NCBI GenBank assembly: GCA_003228915.1 | Contig: QIGL01000086.1 | Location: 22,381-86,380 of the forward strand | Reading direction: 5' to 3' | DNA length: 64,000 nt | From: Acidiferrobacteraceae bacterium | GTDB taxonomy: Bacteria > Pseudomonadota > Gammaproteobacteria > Acidiferrobacterales > SZUA-150 | Shown: one piece after another, positions 1-9,740 of the stretch | How the letters are laid out: every line of letters starts with the position of its first letter | Numbering within the stretch: position 1 is the stretch's first letter | Made by a program: the position numbers and the translations under genes | The notes under the pieces: model-generated | Told to the model about the DNA's origin: nothing | The model's database searches: none | The model's input: only the letters and a program-made list of their open reading frames with translations

Positions 1-2301
1 GGAACCAGACATGCCTTCAGCATTTTCAAGAATTTTCATAGAATCCGTTAAGGTACTGCTATTCTCTTCAATGCCCGCTTCCAGCTCGGTTATGTCATTT
101 GAAATTTGCTTTAATCTGTTTTCAGTCTGGTTAGCCTGTGTTTCACTTTTGCCCAGCTCGGTTAATATTTCAGTTTTTTCCCGTGTCGTCTCTGTGATAA
201 TTCTTCGCAACCCGTCCCGGTTACTTTCCTGATCTTTAATGCTTGAGCGAAGTGATTCGAGACCTGCCTGTTGCTGATTGATTTTTGCTTCAAGACCACT
301 GAGCTTATTCTCGATAGACTCAATTTCCCGGGCCCTTGCCAGTATCCCTGCATTAGCCCCCTCCTGGTTAATCAAACTAATCCAGTTTGGTCCCAACAAA
401 ATACCTGATTTGGTAACTATCGATTCATCATCAGCCAGCCCGGATCTTCTTTTGTTAGCGTCAGCTAAATCTTCAGAAAATTTTACCTTGCCTGCCAACG
501 GGAACAAGTTAAATTCTGATTGAATTTTATTCAATAATGAATCGTCACTGACCGTATTTGTTGTTGTGGTATTTTCAAGCACTGCAAGACTGGATGTTTT
601 TAGCGATTCCAGATCCCCAATGACCGGGTCGAGTTTATCAACACAAACTGCTGCCAGCGCGTTTCCCAATACCCGTTCTACCGCTTTTTCCCAACCATCT
701 TCAACCTGAATCTTGCCTGATAGTCTTGGTTTGTCTGACAGGTTTTTATTGTTTAACCAGCTTGCCAGTTGGTCATCATGTTTGCCTTCTGCATTTTCCT
801 GCAACTCACGTAAAGAATCGAGCCTGGCGTTTAATCCATGTAACTCATTTTTCTCGACATCGAGCGCTGCACTACCGGAATCAACTGCTATTCGATTGTC
901 CTGAATTTCAGTTTCCAGTATTTCGAGCTGTTGTTCCGAGTCTGTACTTCGTTTACTTATTTCTTCTGCTGACTGGCGTAATTGATCAATATTTTCACGG
1001 GCCAATGCCTCATTGAGGGTCTGTTGTTCGGCCTGTAAACGATCCAGACGCACTTTTGATTGTTCTATTTGGGGTTTGATGTGCTGTATTCGTGATCTTT
1101 GAATTTCGGCGGCCTTTTCAGGCTCGGCGGCAATCTCACTAAACGACTGCCACTCTTGTTGCCAGTTTTGTAAATCAGATTCAGCTGTCGTCATCGCTTC
1201 AAGTGCTTCGTTAAACTGTTGTTGCACAGTTTCAATATTCGGTTTGGCGCTGGCAAGTTGCACTTCAAGATCAGATAACAGGGCTTTGTCCTCGGTTAAA
1301 TGATCGCTCGCCTCTTGCCATTGTTGATTAACCTGCTGCTGTTCGCGCTGCTGCTGGCGTCGCGTATCTTTAGTATGTTGAATTTTTTGTTCTATGTTAT
1401 TTACTTCTGCACCGACAGAATAAAATTTTTCCTGTACCTTGTTCAGGTTGTCATTGGCTTCAACCTGTTTTGCCCGTAATGATTCGATGCGGGCTTCGAT
1501 CTCTCGTTGGACGGCTAAAACTGCATCCAGCTCTGTTTGTTTTTGAGAAAGTATCTTATCATTTTCCTTGAGCTCGACTGAAAGTTTCTGCCAGCGCAAT
1601 ACAATCAGCTGCGCCTGCACCTGGCGTTCATTTTGTTTTAAGTCTTTATATTTTGCAGCTGCCTTTGACTGGCGCTGTAATTTTTGAATCTGGGTATCAA
1701 GTTCACGACGAATATCTTCTACCCGCTCAAGATTTTCCCGGGTATGGCGCATCCTGTTCTCGGTTTCACGACGACGCTCCTTGTACTTGGAAATACCGGC
1801 AGCCTCTTCAAAAAATCCCCTGAGATCTTCAGGTTTGGCTTCAATGATCCTGGTTACCATGCCTTGTTCAATAATTGAATAAGCGCGCGGCCCCAAACCA
1901 GTCCCCAGAAATAAATCGGTAATATCTTTTTTTCGGCAGCGGGTTTTATTGATTGAATAATCTGAATTGCCATCTCGGGAAGCCTCGCGCTTGATTGATA
2001 TTTCGGTAAACGAGGCATATTGACCTGGAGCTTTGCCTTGCTTGTTCTCAAAAATAAGCTCAACAGTGGCTTTACCCACTGGTTTGCGGGTATTGGATCC
2101 GCTGAAAATAACATCAGCCATGGAATCGCCACGCAGGTGTTTGGCAGAACTCTCGCCCATCACCCAACGCACCGCATCAATAATATTGGACTTGCCACAA
2201 CCATTTGGTCCAACAACACCTATCAAATTGGCGTTAATGGGAATGGTGGTAGGATCTACAAATGATTTAAAGCCGGCTAACTTGATTTTTTTCAGACGCA
2301 T
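1..2301 (-). CDS. smc: Chromosome segregation ATPase SMC (N-terminal ~767 codons; runs off the window start)
   Basis: Not in the ORF track because it has no stop in the window. Manual translation from ATG at 2301: MRLKKIKLAGFKSFVDPTTIPINANLIGVVGPNGCGKSNIIDAVRWVMGESSAKHLRG (Walker A of SMC), then coiled coil and a hinge-like segment (GWEKAVERVLG). Confidence 0.96.
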   Translation of the reverse strand, partial: MRLKKIKLAGFKSFVDPTTIPINANLIGVVGPNGCGKSNIIDAVRWVMGESSAKHLRGDSMADVIFSGSNTRKPVGKATVELIFENKQGKAPGQYASFTEISIKREASRDGNSDYSINKTRCRKKDITDLFLGTGLGPRAYSIIEQGMVTRIIEAKPEDLRGFFEEAAGISKYKERRRETENRMRHTRENLERVEDIRRELDTQIQKLQRQSKAAAKYKDLKQNERQVQAQLIVLRWQKLSVELKENDKILSQKQTELDAVLAVQREIEARIESLRAKQVEANDNLNKVQEKFYSVGAEVNNIEQKIQHTKDTRRQQQREQQQVNQQWQEASDHLTEDKALLSDLEVQLASAKPNIETVQQQFNEALEAMTTAESDLQNWQQEWQSFSEIAAEPEKAAEIQRSRIQHIKPQIEQSKVRLDRLQAEQQTLNEALARENIDQLRQSAEEISKRSTDSEQQLEILETEIQDNRIAVDSGSAALDVEKNELHGLNARLDSLRELQENAEGKHDDQLASWLNNKNLSDKPRLSGKIQVEDGWEKAVERVLGNALAAVCVDKLDPVIGDLESLKTSSLAVLENTTTTNTVSDDSLLNKIQSEFNLFPLAGKVKFSEDLADANKRRSGLADDESIVTKSGILLGPNWISLINQEGANAGILARAREIESIENKLSGLEAKINQQQAGLESLRSSIKDQESNRDGLRRIITETTREKTEILTELGKSETQANQTENRLKQISNDITELEAGIEENSSTLTDSMKILENAEGMSGS

Positions 2302-2394
2302 GGTTTTACCGAAATACTCACGAAATATTCAATGTTGGGCAAATTGGGCTACAATCCGCCGCGAGATACGCAAAGCTAGCATAAGGGAAAGTAA

Positions 2395-4458
2395 ATGCCT
2401 ACCAAGAAACAAAAGGGAGCAAAAAATGGTCCCGGCAAAACACTGGAATCGTTTGAAAACCCGCATCCTGAGCGGGATTATATTATTGAGATTGAAACCC
2501 CGGAATTTACCTGTGTCTGCCCCAAAACGGGCCAACCCGATTTTGCCACTATCCAGATAGAATATGTGCCTGACAAGGCCTGTATTGAACTCAAATCCCT
2601 GAAACTCTACTATTGGTCTTACCGGGATCAAGGGGCATTCCACGAGAAAGTAACCAATACTATTCTGGATGACCTGGTCGCTGCCATTGCACCCCGATAC
2701 TTACATATCAATGCGATATTTAATGTCAGGGGCGGCGTCTACACCACAATTCAGGCCGAATACCGGCGGCCCGGCTGGCAGCCATTGCCCCCGGCCCCGG
2801 ACCACTTGCCTAGAGAAAAACAGGATTTCCCCCATGACAGGCCAGACCAAGGGGTAAAACAAGACTCTGATACAAGCCAATCAAGTACAGCCCAGTCGGC
2901 AGGTGCATCAGGGCAAATGCCTGCCCAGACTACTCAAAGGCCTGCTAACGAAGCCATGACAACACGCCGCCAGCGTTTCCCCATGCTCGGCAGGGCCAGG
3001 AACAAAACCCCTGTCGCAGCACCAGAGGTGGTACCTGAAATCACGCCTACCCCAGATGCCTCACCGTCAGCGCCTGAGGCGTCGCCAAGCCCTGATCAAA
3101 CACAAGGCCCAGAGCATCAACCTACTAAAACATTAGATGTGCCTCCACCTGAAGAGGTATTCGCTCGTGATAACCCTGTTTACCTGGGAATTGATCTCGG
3201 GACCACTGGTTGCCGCATAGTGGCAGTGGATTACAGCGGTAACCAGATCACCCAGGCTGAGAGCCCCATTGCCAGCCCCGCACGTCGTGATAACCAGGTC
3301 ACCCAGGACCCTGACCAGTGGTGGCAGGCAGTCAGTGCCTGTCTTGATAATATTTTTCAGGTCGTCGAACCTAAACAAATACATTCTATTGCCGTTGATG
3401 GCACTTCCAACACTATCCTGCTTTGTGATAAACAGGGCGTGCCTGTGACCACGGGCCTGATGTATAACGACAGTCGCGCCCAGGCTGAAGCCGCCTTGAT
3501 TGCCAAGGTTGCAGACAAAAATTCCGGCGCCCATGGTGGTAGCAGTGGCCTGTCAAAATTACTCTGGCTGCAAAATAAAAAACTGGACAAAAAAGCAGCC
3601 TATGTACTGCACCAGTCAGACTGGATTACTGGCAAGCTCATGGGGAGCTGGGGGCACACAGATCACAATAATGCCCTAAAATTAGGATTTAACCCGGAAA
3701 CACTAAATTGGCCAGACTGGTTCCCGGCACTTAAAGTCGAGACCAGGTTATTACCTGAAGTCACCGCTCCCGGCGAAGAATTGGGGACCATAAGCCAGGA
3801 AATCGCCATGAGTTTTGGTATGGCTAACGACACGAATGTCGTGGCTGGCACCACTGACGGCACAGCTGCTTTTCTGGCAGCAGGCGCCACGACGCCGGGT
3901 CATGGGGTCACTTCCCTGGGCTCTACCCTGGTCATTAAATTACTCTCAAAAAAGCCTGTATTTTCACCTGAACATGGCGTTTACAGCCATCGCCTTGGCA
4001 ACCAGTGGTTAGCCGGCGGCGCCTCTAACAGCGGGGGGGCGGTTTTATTACAATATTTTAAACCTGAACAAATGACTGAAATGACACAAATGCTGGATCC
4101 CGGGAATCTTACCGGCCTTGATTATTATCCATTACCCGCCGTCGGTGAGCGATTTCCTGTTAATGATCCGGATATGGTGGCCAGGCTGGAGCCGCTGCCA
4201 AGCGACAGTGTTACCTTTTTTCAGGCCATGCTTGAGGGGATTGCCAACATCGAGGCCCAGGGATACAACCTGCTGGCAGACCTGGGCGCCCCCAAAGTAG
4301 TTGAGATTCGAACAACCGGTGGCGGCAGTCACAACGAACCCTGGCAACGTATTCGTGAAAATATCACCGGCGCAAAAATGATGCCGGCAAACTCTGATTT
4401 GTCAGCCTATGGCACGGCACTACTGGCGCTCGGCATTGTTAAGGAACGTTTCCAATAA
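2395..4458 (+). CDS. queF: Fusion: preQ0 reductase QueF (aa ~1-135), Pro/Gln/Ser/Thr-rich linker, FGGY-family carbohydrate kinase (aa ~260-687)
   Basis: QueF motifs [38 protein letters not shown] motifs [57 protein letters not shown]. One uninterrupted ORF. Confidence 0.88.
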   Translation: MPTKKQKGAKNGPGKTLESFENPHPERDYIIEIETPEFTCVCPKTGQPDFATIQIEYVPDKACIELKSLKLYYWSYRDQGAFHEKVTNTILDDLVAAIAPRYLHINAIFNVRGGVYTTIQAEYRRPGWQPLPPAPDHLPREKQDFPHDRPDQGVKQDSDTSQSSTAQSAGASGQMPAQTTQRPANEAMTTRRQRFPMLGRARNKTPVAAPEVVPEITPTPDASPSAPEASPSPDQTQGPEHQPTKTLDVPPPEEVFARDNPVYLGIDLGTTGCRIVAVDYSGNQITQAESPIASPARRDNQVTQDPDQWWQAVSACLDNIFQVVEPKQIHSIAVDGTSNTILLCDKQGVPVTTGLMYNDSRAQAEAALIAKVADKNSGAHGGSSGLSKLLWLQNKKLDKKAAYVLHQSDWITGKLMGSWGHTDHNNALKLGFNPETLNWPDWFPALKVETRLLPEVTAPGEELGTISQEIAMSFGMANDTNVVAGTTDGTAAFLAAGATTPGHGVTSLGSTLVIKLLSKKPVFSPEHGVYSHRLGNQWLAGGASNSGGAVLLQYFKPEQMTEMTQMLDPGNLTGLDYYPLPAVGERFPVNDPDMVARLEPLPSDSVTFFQAMLEGIANIEAQGYNLLADLGAPKVVEIRTTGGGSHNEPWQRIRENITGAKMMPANSDLSAYGTALLALGIVKERFQ

Positions 4459-4490
4459 AAAACGCCCCGAAAAATCGGGGCGTTTTTATT
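4454..4490. terminator. Bidirectional intrinsic terminator between the queF fusion and soxZ
   Basis: AATAAAAAACGCCCCGA-AAAA-TCGGGGCGTTTTTATT: GC stem with A and T tracts on either side, between convergent genes. Confidence 0.9.
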
Positions 4491-4532
4491 TTAATAACTC
4501 TGGTAAATATAAAATTCTACCAGCAGCAGCAA

Positions 4533-4850
4533 TCAGGCATCAACGACTGCACTAATTTCACCTGATTCGCCTTTGTTGTCTTTCCATGTAATTTTAATCT
4601 TGTCGCCATTCTTGGCCTTTGGTAAACGGAATCCCAGCAAGGGGTCTTCAGAAACAGCAATTCCCAGGTTCGCTTCCGCTGCCAGCTTGCCGTTGTGCAT
4701 GAGACTCATGTTTTGAATCCAGTGTGCCGGAATTACTTTTTTGGTTTTTTTGTCCTTACGCAAGCCTGTTTCCATTGGGTGGCTAACAAGAACCAGGACT
4801 TCAACCATGCCATCCTGAGTACGGGTACGAACTTTCATTTTACGAGCCAT
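4533..4850 (-). CDS. soxZ: Thiosulfate oxidation carrier complex protein SoxZ
   Basis: HPMETGLRKD...IPAHWIQ...AVSEDP...WKDNKG; directly downstream of soxY. Confidence 0.95.
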   Translation of the reverse strand: MARKMKVRTRTQDGMVEVLVLVSHPMETGLRKDKKTKKVIPAHWIQNMSLMHNGKLAAEANLGIAVSEDPLLGFRLPKAKNGDKIKITWKDNKGESGEISAVVDA

Positions 4851-4895
4851 TTAAACTTTCTCCTGTCCAGATAGTTTCTGTATTATGGTCTTGGC

Positions 4896-5369
4896 TTACC
4901 CGCCACAACCGCCAACAGTAACCTTGATTTTTGCTTTTGATGAATATAATTTTCCACCTGATTTAACGACAACCTGCACGTCCGATGTCTTCGCCATCTT
5001 GATGCGAGCGCTGAAGTAACCACCTGCGCTGGGCAGTTTAATGTTAGCTGTCAGGGGCATAGCGTTAGCTGTCACCATTATGGTAATTGCTTCAGGATTA
5101 GGGATTGTAGTTTTGATTGAAAAGGGAACAACAGAGCCATTTTCTGCCTGTATTGGTGCCCGGATTTTAACGTCCTTGCTTTCAATAACCTGGTCACTGC
5201 CATAGAGTGATTTTAAAACCAGACCCACTTTCTTGCTGCTAAATGCTTTTTTGGGCCAGGATGCTGCCATGGCGCTAACCGGGGTCAACAAACCAGCGGC
5301 AGCGGCAGCCAACACGGCACTACTGGCCACGGTACCCTTGATAAATTTCCTTCGATTGAGATTGCTCAC
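4896..5369 (-). CDS. soxY: Thiosulfate oxidation carrier protein SoxY
   Basis: Tat signal NRRKFIK, AENGSVVP, RIKMAKTS and the C-terminal swinging arm KVTVGGCGG. Confidence 0.96.
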   Translation of the reverse strand: MSNLNRRKFIKGTVASSAVLAAAAAGLLTPVSAMAASWPKKAFSSKKVGLVLKSLYGSDQVIESKDVKIRAPIQAENGSVVPFSIKTTIPNPEAITIMVTANAMPLTANIKLPSAGGYFSARIKMAKTSDVQVVVKSGGKLYSSKAKIKVTVGGCGG

Positions 5370-5720
5370 TAATTACTCCTTACCTTTGTATAAATCATGA
5401 TTTATTTAATAATACTGCCTTGCTTGTTTTTACCAACAACCCGGCAATAAACTTAAAACAGGCGCTAAAACTGACCTGTAAGAACTGGCCTCATAGAACG
5501 CCTGATTCTAGACGCAAGCTATCTCGGATTTATTCCCACAAGACCCTAAAATCTCTTGTGTACAGTTTTTGGGAAACAGGACTATACAGTAAGTGCTTGA
5601 ATATCAGGGTAATAATTATTTATACCATAGTAATTATATGTTATTACGTTTTTATTTTAATTGTGAAGTTGTCGTAACATCCCGGTTTCAGCAGATTTAT
5701 TCACTACTATCAGTCGCCAA

Positions 5721-6446
5721 CTAATCTACTGTTAAAAAAACCAACGATGAAGTGAGCGATCCGTGATTAAAGTCACCGAGCAACAAGTCCTCATTGACAT
5801 CCCTGGCATGTACAACCCACGTATACCATCCGCCCGATTTTATTAATCCCTTCGGTAAACTATATTCATTATGCGGCAAGAGCGGCGAACTATGAATGAC
5901 CTTACCGCCTTCCCACATATCCCTGATTGTTACTTTATAATATCCTGCTTCGGGTATTTCTTGCCACGAAAGTGCCGTGGGTATTTGAATTATATCTAGT
6001 GAACTGGCAGGTGTAATATTTTTAGCGGCGGGCATTTTTTTTATATTAATGTAATCTTTTGCAATTATTGTTTCACCGCCAGTTAGTTGTATAACTGCCT
6101 TGTACCAGCCATCTTGCTCATTCGAGTTAGTCGCGAATCTAGCGAGATAAATTTGTTTGTTCCTGTTATTTTTTAATTTTTTAACTTTAAAACTTTCCAG
6201 GTTAAATGCTCCCACCTTGCTGTTATCTGGCCTGAAGACGGTAACACTTTCTATTTTTTCGTAATCAAGTGTTGAAAAAACCGCTAAAAAAATTAATGGT
6301 TGGCCAGGCCAGTTACAAATATGGAGATCAAAAAAACCGGCAGAAGTGTAATGGGGGTCATGTTCAAGTATTTCATTGTCACTATTAGTAATACAGGAGC
6401 TAACCAGGAATGCTGTGATTAACAAGATACATCCGATTTTTTTCAT
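5721..6446 (-). CDS. Hypothetical lipoprotein, beta-rich, with a possible fibronectin-III-like C-terminal half
   Basis: 241-aa ORF; signal peptide with lipobox LVSSC; LSW...YYKVTI...YTWVVHA pattern. Confidence 0.6.
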   Translation of the reverse strand: MKKIGCILLITAFLVSSCITNSDNEILEHDPHYTSAGFFDLHICNWPGQPLIFLAVFSTLDYEKIESVTVFRPDNSKVGAFNLESFKVKKLKNNRNKQIYLARFATNSNEQDGWYKAVIQLTGGETIIAKDYINIKKMPAAKNITPASSLDIIQIPTALSWQEIPEAGYYKVTIRDMWEGGKVIHSSPLLPHNEYSLPKGLIKSGGWYTWVVHARDVNEDLLLGDFNHGSLTSSLVFLTVD

Positions 6447-6622
6447 GACTGAGATAATTTACGCACGCTCTTATGTTGAATGAAATAATCTGGAAACAGA
6501 ACTATAAATAATATCAGACACCATACACGGGGGGACTTACAAATAACTTACATATTAACCAGTTGAGAGATATTCAGGATTTTTACCCGTTTACCCTGTA
6601 TTAATCGGGCTATGAGATAATT

Positions 6623-7066
6623 TCAGTTCTTTTTCAGACGCAAATTCGCATCCCGTAATCGACTGCTGATGCTACCCATAATCCCTAAACTTAATTCTGG
6701 ATAATTAATAATAAGCGCGCGTAATTTTGATTTCTCAAGAGCAAGCAGTCCGCTATCCTCCATTACATAAGCTGTTGCTGATCGGGGCTTATCGTCAAAC
6801 ATGCCCATTTCTCCGAAACATTCTTTGGCGCCCAGCTCGACAATAAATTCTTTCTTCCCTGGATTAGTCTCTAGCGAAATACCTATTTTTCCGTATTCGA
6901 TTATGTACATTCTGTCGCTTGGGTCATTAATATCAAATACTCTTTCGCCAATAAAACAGGCCTCTTCCTCCAGCTCATGGGCAACTACACGTAAATCTTC
7001 GGTCGATACCTTTGAAAATATCGGGGCTTGCTTAAGAAGTAATATGCGTTCAAATAGATCCGACAT
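6623..7066 (-). CDS. Stand-alone cyclic nucleotide-binding domain protein
   Basis: Phosphate-binding cassette FGEMGMFDDKPRSATA; N-terminal ERILLLKQAPIFS; no HTH. Confidence 0.88.
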   Translation of the reverse strand: MSDLFERILLLKQAPIFSKVSTEDLRVVAHELEEEACFIGERVFDINDPSDRMYIIEYGKIGISLETNPGKKEFIVELGAKECFGEMGMFDDKPRSATAYVMEDSGLLALEKSKLRALIINYPELSLGIMGSISSRLRDANLRLKKN

Positions 7067-7079
7067 TATTAAATTTTAC

Positions 7080-9707
7080 CTAAGAAAGTACTATTTGTTT
7101 TGTTACTACTTGCACCCAGGGATCCTGCCGCCGGGTGCACCAGTGGATAACGTCCTTAAAATCACCAAATATAGAATAACGCTTGTTTTTTTCGATACCA
7201 CCATCATATATCTGGCCCAGCATTTTGGATAAATGCCTGTTCTTTAGATGACGCATCACCTCGCAGGCATAGGCTATTTGCCGATTGTCACCGCTTTTAA
7301 GGCCTGCCCTTATAATATTAATAGTTGATTTGTCCTCCACATATTCCAGGGAGGCCAGTGATAAATCAACAAACTGTTGAATTCTCTCTTTAAGTATTGC
7401 CTGTAATAGTTGCATTGCAGTCTGCGATGTTAATACTTTGTTATCCGGAATAATCTTAATTGCCGCACGACATTTCAGCGCATCCTCAACTTTCGCTTCA
7501 GCTATTCTTTCGTATATGGCTACATCCGGCAATATTAGCCTCAGGCCATGAAGTGCAGATTGCTGTGCCCTGGGGGTGCACTTGTTATTAATAATCCATC
7601 CAAATAGCAAGCCAGCCGGATTACTGCTTCTGTTCTGCAATACCTCAATCGCACATTCTCTAACCCTGGGATGACTATCCTCCAGCATAATTAAAGCAGA
7701 GTCTTCGATGACAGCAGCCGGTAGATGAATGTGACAATCCACTGCTAATATCCGAATCTCCGGATCCTCTTGCTGCAACAGATTTTTTAACAAGGAAGAC
7801 TCATCATTATTTGTGATGACAGGCCAAATATACAGGACACGCAATACTGCTTTAACAATTTGACTGGAATCATGGAGTAAAAGTTTTTTTAATATAGGCC
7901 CATATTCTTCCAGGTAATGCTGCTCGAGTAATTGCAGGCCTGCCAGAATTGCTGTGCTGTCTTTACTTTCGAGGAGTGTCCCAAGAGCTTCTTTCGCTTT
8001 CGATTCCAGTGCAATTATTTTGTATTGGAATACGCCATAAATCCCTACTGAGCATAACCTGGGATTTTTATCATAAACGCAACTTTCAACATCGATCATT
8101 GCACGTGAACTTTTTTGATTAAACAATAAAGAATATATCGTCGCTTTCAGATGATTATCTGATCTTTTTAATATCACCCACAATTCTTCTTCTATTTCTC
8201 GCAGGTCAATATCAATAATTAATTTAAGAAGTCGATCACTAAGGGCATGGTCTGCAGTTCTAATTCTTTCAAGCACAACCTGCAAGACTTGCTCAGGATA
8301 TTCTTTAGCCAATAATTTTGCATATGAAACAGAGATATCGCTATCTTCCTGCACTACACCTTTTTTTAGCTGGTTGATTAATTCAATACTGCCCGTGTTT
8401 ACCCCCTCGGGAATAAATACTTTTGCGCGCAGTGTAGACAATATCGCATTCACATAAGCCGAATTAATCTTTATATTATAATACAGGTACACAAATACAG
8501 AAAATAACCCTGCGTATAAATATATTCTAAATTCTTCAAGGTTTTGCATAAACAACAGAAAACCACCTGTCACAATCAGTGCACATGGCAACACCAGGGC
8601 AAGTGATAACGCACGGGCCCTGCCCTGCATATAATCAGGCAATGCATTAAATAATAGATTTCTTACAGGGCTCCTTATGGCAGTCATAATAACTTCTTTG
8701 TTGAAACTGGCGAACAATGCAGCAGGAAATGTAAAACTCAAGATAAGAAATAAATAACTTGTCAGTGTCGTTACCGGAAATACCAGATTTATTTTTTTTA
8801 TACCAAATATGCGAAATAACTTACTGGTCAGGAATGCCTGGATTAATAAAGCAATAGTACCGTTTACTACTGTCAGTAAACCAAAAAATGTACTGAGCGA
8901 TTCTTCTGTACTGAAAGTCTCAGAATAAATACTATTTACCGTATAAGTTATAATGTAGAAACCAATCACGATAAAGAATAATGCCAATGATAAAGATCTG
9001 AGTAACCTGGAACGCTTTGCAAATTGCACTCCCTGGATTATCTGGTCTATCGAATAAGCCAGTCCTTTTCTGCCTTTCTTCCCTGATCTGAAATATGGTG
9101 AGACGCCGGACCGTCTGTGACGAATAATTATCAATGTTAAAGCAATTAATATAAGCGCCACCCATAACAGGATAAAATTCTGGACACCGATTACCGGCGA
9201 AGCAAAAGTTAAAGCCAGCCCACCAATTATTTTCCCGGATTGTGCCGCAGCAAAAATTAACGGGGTTAACCTTTTGGCCTGCATTGTTTCAAGATTCTGA
9301 TTCACATACAGGAGTGCATGCATCATTAATAATTCTGATGCGACTTCGTAAACAAGATAATATAACGGGTAGGCGTTACTCCACTGCAAGACACTAATCA
9401 GAACCCAGCACCCTAGCAATAATATTGTCGTTGCAGCAATGATAACTACAAAAAATTTTTCTGCTGCAATTCTGTCGGCAAACGCAGCATACATTGCGCT
9501 GACAATTGACAATAAAATACCGAAGGAAATGTACATTACGGGCAAATATTCAATGCCGTAACGTTTAAAAAATAGTGTATCAGCTGAACCACGACCAACA
9601 GCCAGCCCCGCCCCGATTAATAAAAACAATACGAGAAAGTATGCTGTTGAGTAGTGTTCATCTTCCTTGACTAAAAAGAATTTTGCCAGTCTGTCAGGCA
9701 GGTTCAT
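7080..9707 (-). CDS. NTT/TLC-like MFS transporter fused to HEAT repeats
   Basis: About 12 hydrophobic segments in aa 1-410 (DTLFFKRYGIEYLPVMY, QAKRLTPLI, QGRARA), then alpha-helical repeats (LLQQEDPEIRILAV, MLEDSHPRVRECAI). Confidence 0.75.
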   Translation of the reverse strand: MNLPDRLAKFFLVKEDEHYSTAYFLVLFLLIGAGLAVGRGSADTLFFKRYGIEYLPVMYISFGILLSIVSAMYAAFADRIAAEKFFVVIIAATTILLLGCWVLISVLQWSNAYPLYYLVYEVASELLMMHALLYVNQNLETMQAKRLTPLIFAAAQSGKIIGGLALTFASPVIGVQNFILLWVALILIALTLIIIRHRRSGVSPYFRSGKKGRKGLAYSIDQIIQGVQFAKRSRLLRSLSLALFFIVIGFYIITYTVNSIYSETFSTEESLSTFFGLLTVVNGTIALLIQAFLTSKLFRIFGIKKINLVFPVTTLTSYLFLILSFTFPAALFASFNKEVIMTAIRSPVRNLLFNALPDYMQGRARALSLALVLPCALIVTGGFLLFMQNLEEFRIYLYAGLFSVFVYLYYNIKINSAYVNAILSTLRAKVFIPEGVNTGSIELINQLKKGVVQEDSDISVSYAKLLAKEYPEQVLQVVLERIRTADHALSDRLLKLIIDIDLREIEEELWVILKRSDNHLKATIYSLLFNQKSSRAMIDVESCVYDKNPRLCSVGIYGVFQYKIIALESKAKEALGTLLESKDSTAILAGLQLLEQHYLEEYGPILKKLLLHDSSQIVKAVLRVLYIWPVITNNDESSLLKNLLQQEDPEIRILAVDCHIHLPAAVIEDSALIMLEDSHPRVRECAIEVLQNRSSNPAGLLFGWIINNKCTPRAQQSALHGLRLILPDVAIYERIAEAKVEDALKCRAAIKIIPDNKVLTSQTAMQLLQAILKERIQQFVDLSLASLEYVEDKSTINIIRAGLKSGDNRQIAYACEVMRHLKNRHLSKMLGQIYDGGIEKNKRYSIFGDFKDVIHWCTRRQDPWVQVVTKQIVLS

Positions 9708-9740
9708 GGCATATAATTATAATTATTAATCTCGGAATTT

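Noticed and set aside
11-2643. Several + and - strand ORFs (e.g. 2033..2560, 2329..2643) over the first 2.6 kb
   Set aside because: Shadow frames of smc and queF; no motifs of their own.
5420-5677. 85-aa + strand ORF upstream of soxY
   Set aside because: TTG start, no clear RBS, AT-rich promoter-like DNA, no recognisable motif.
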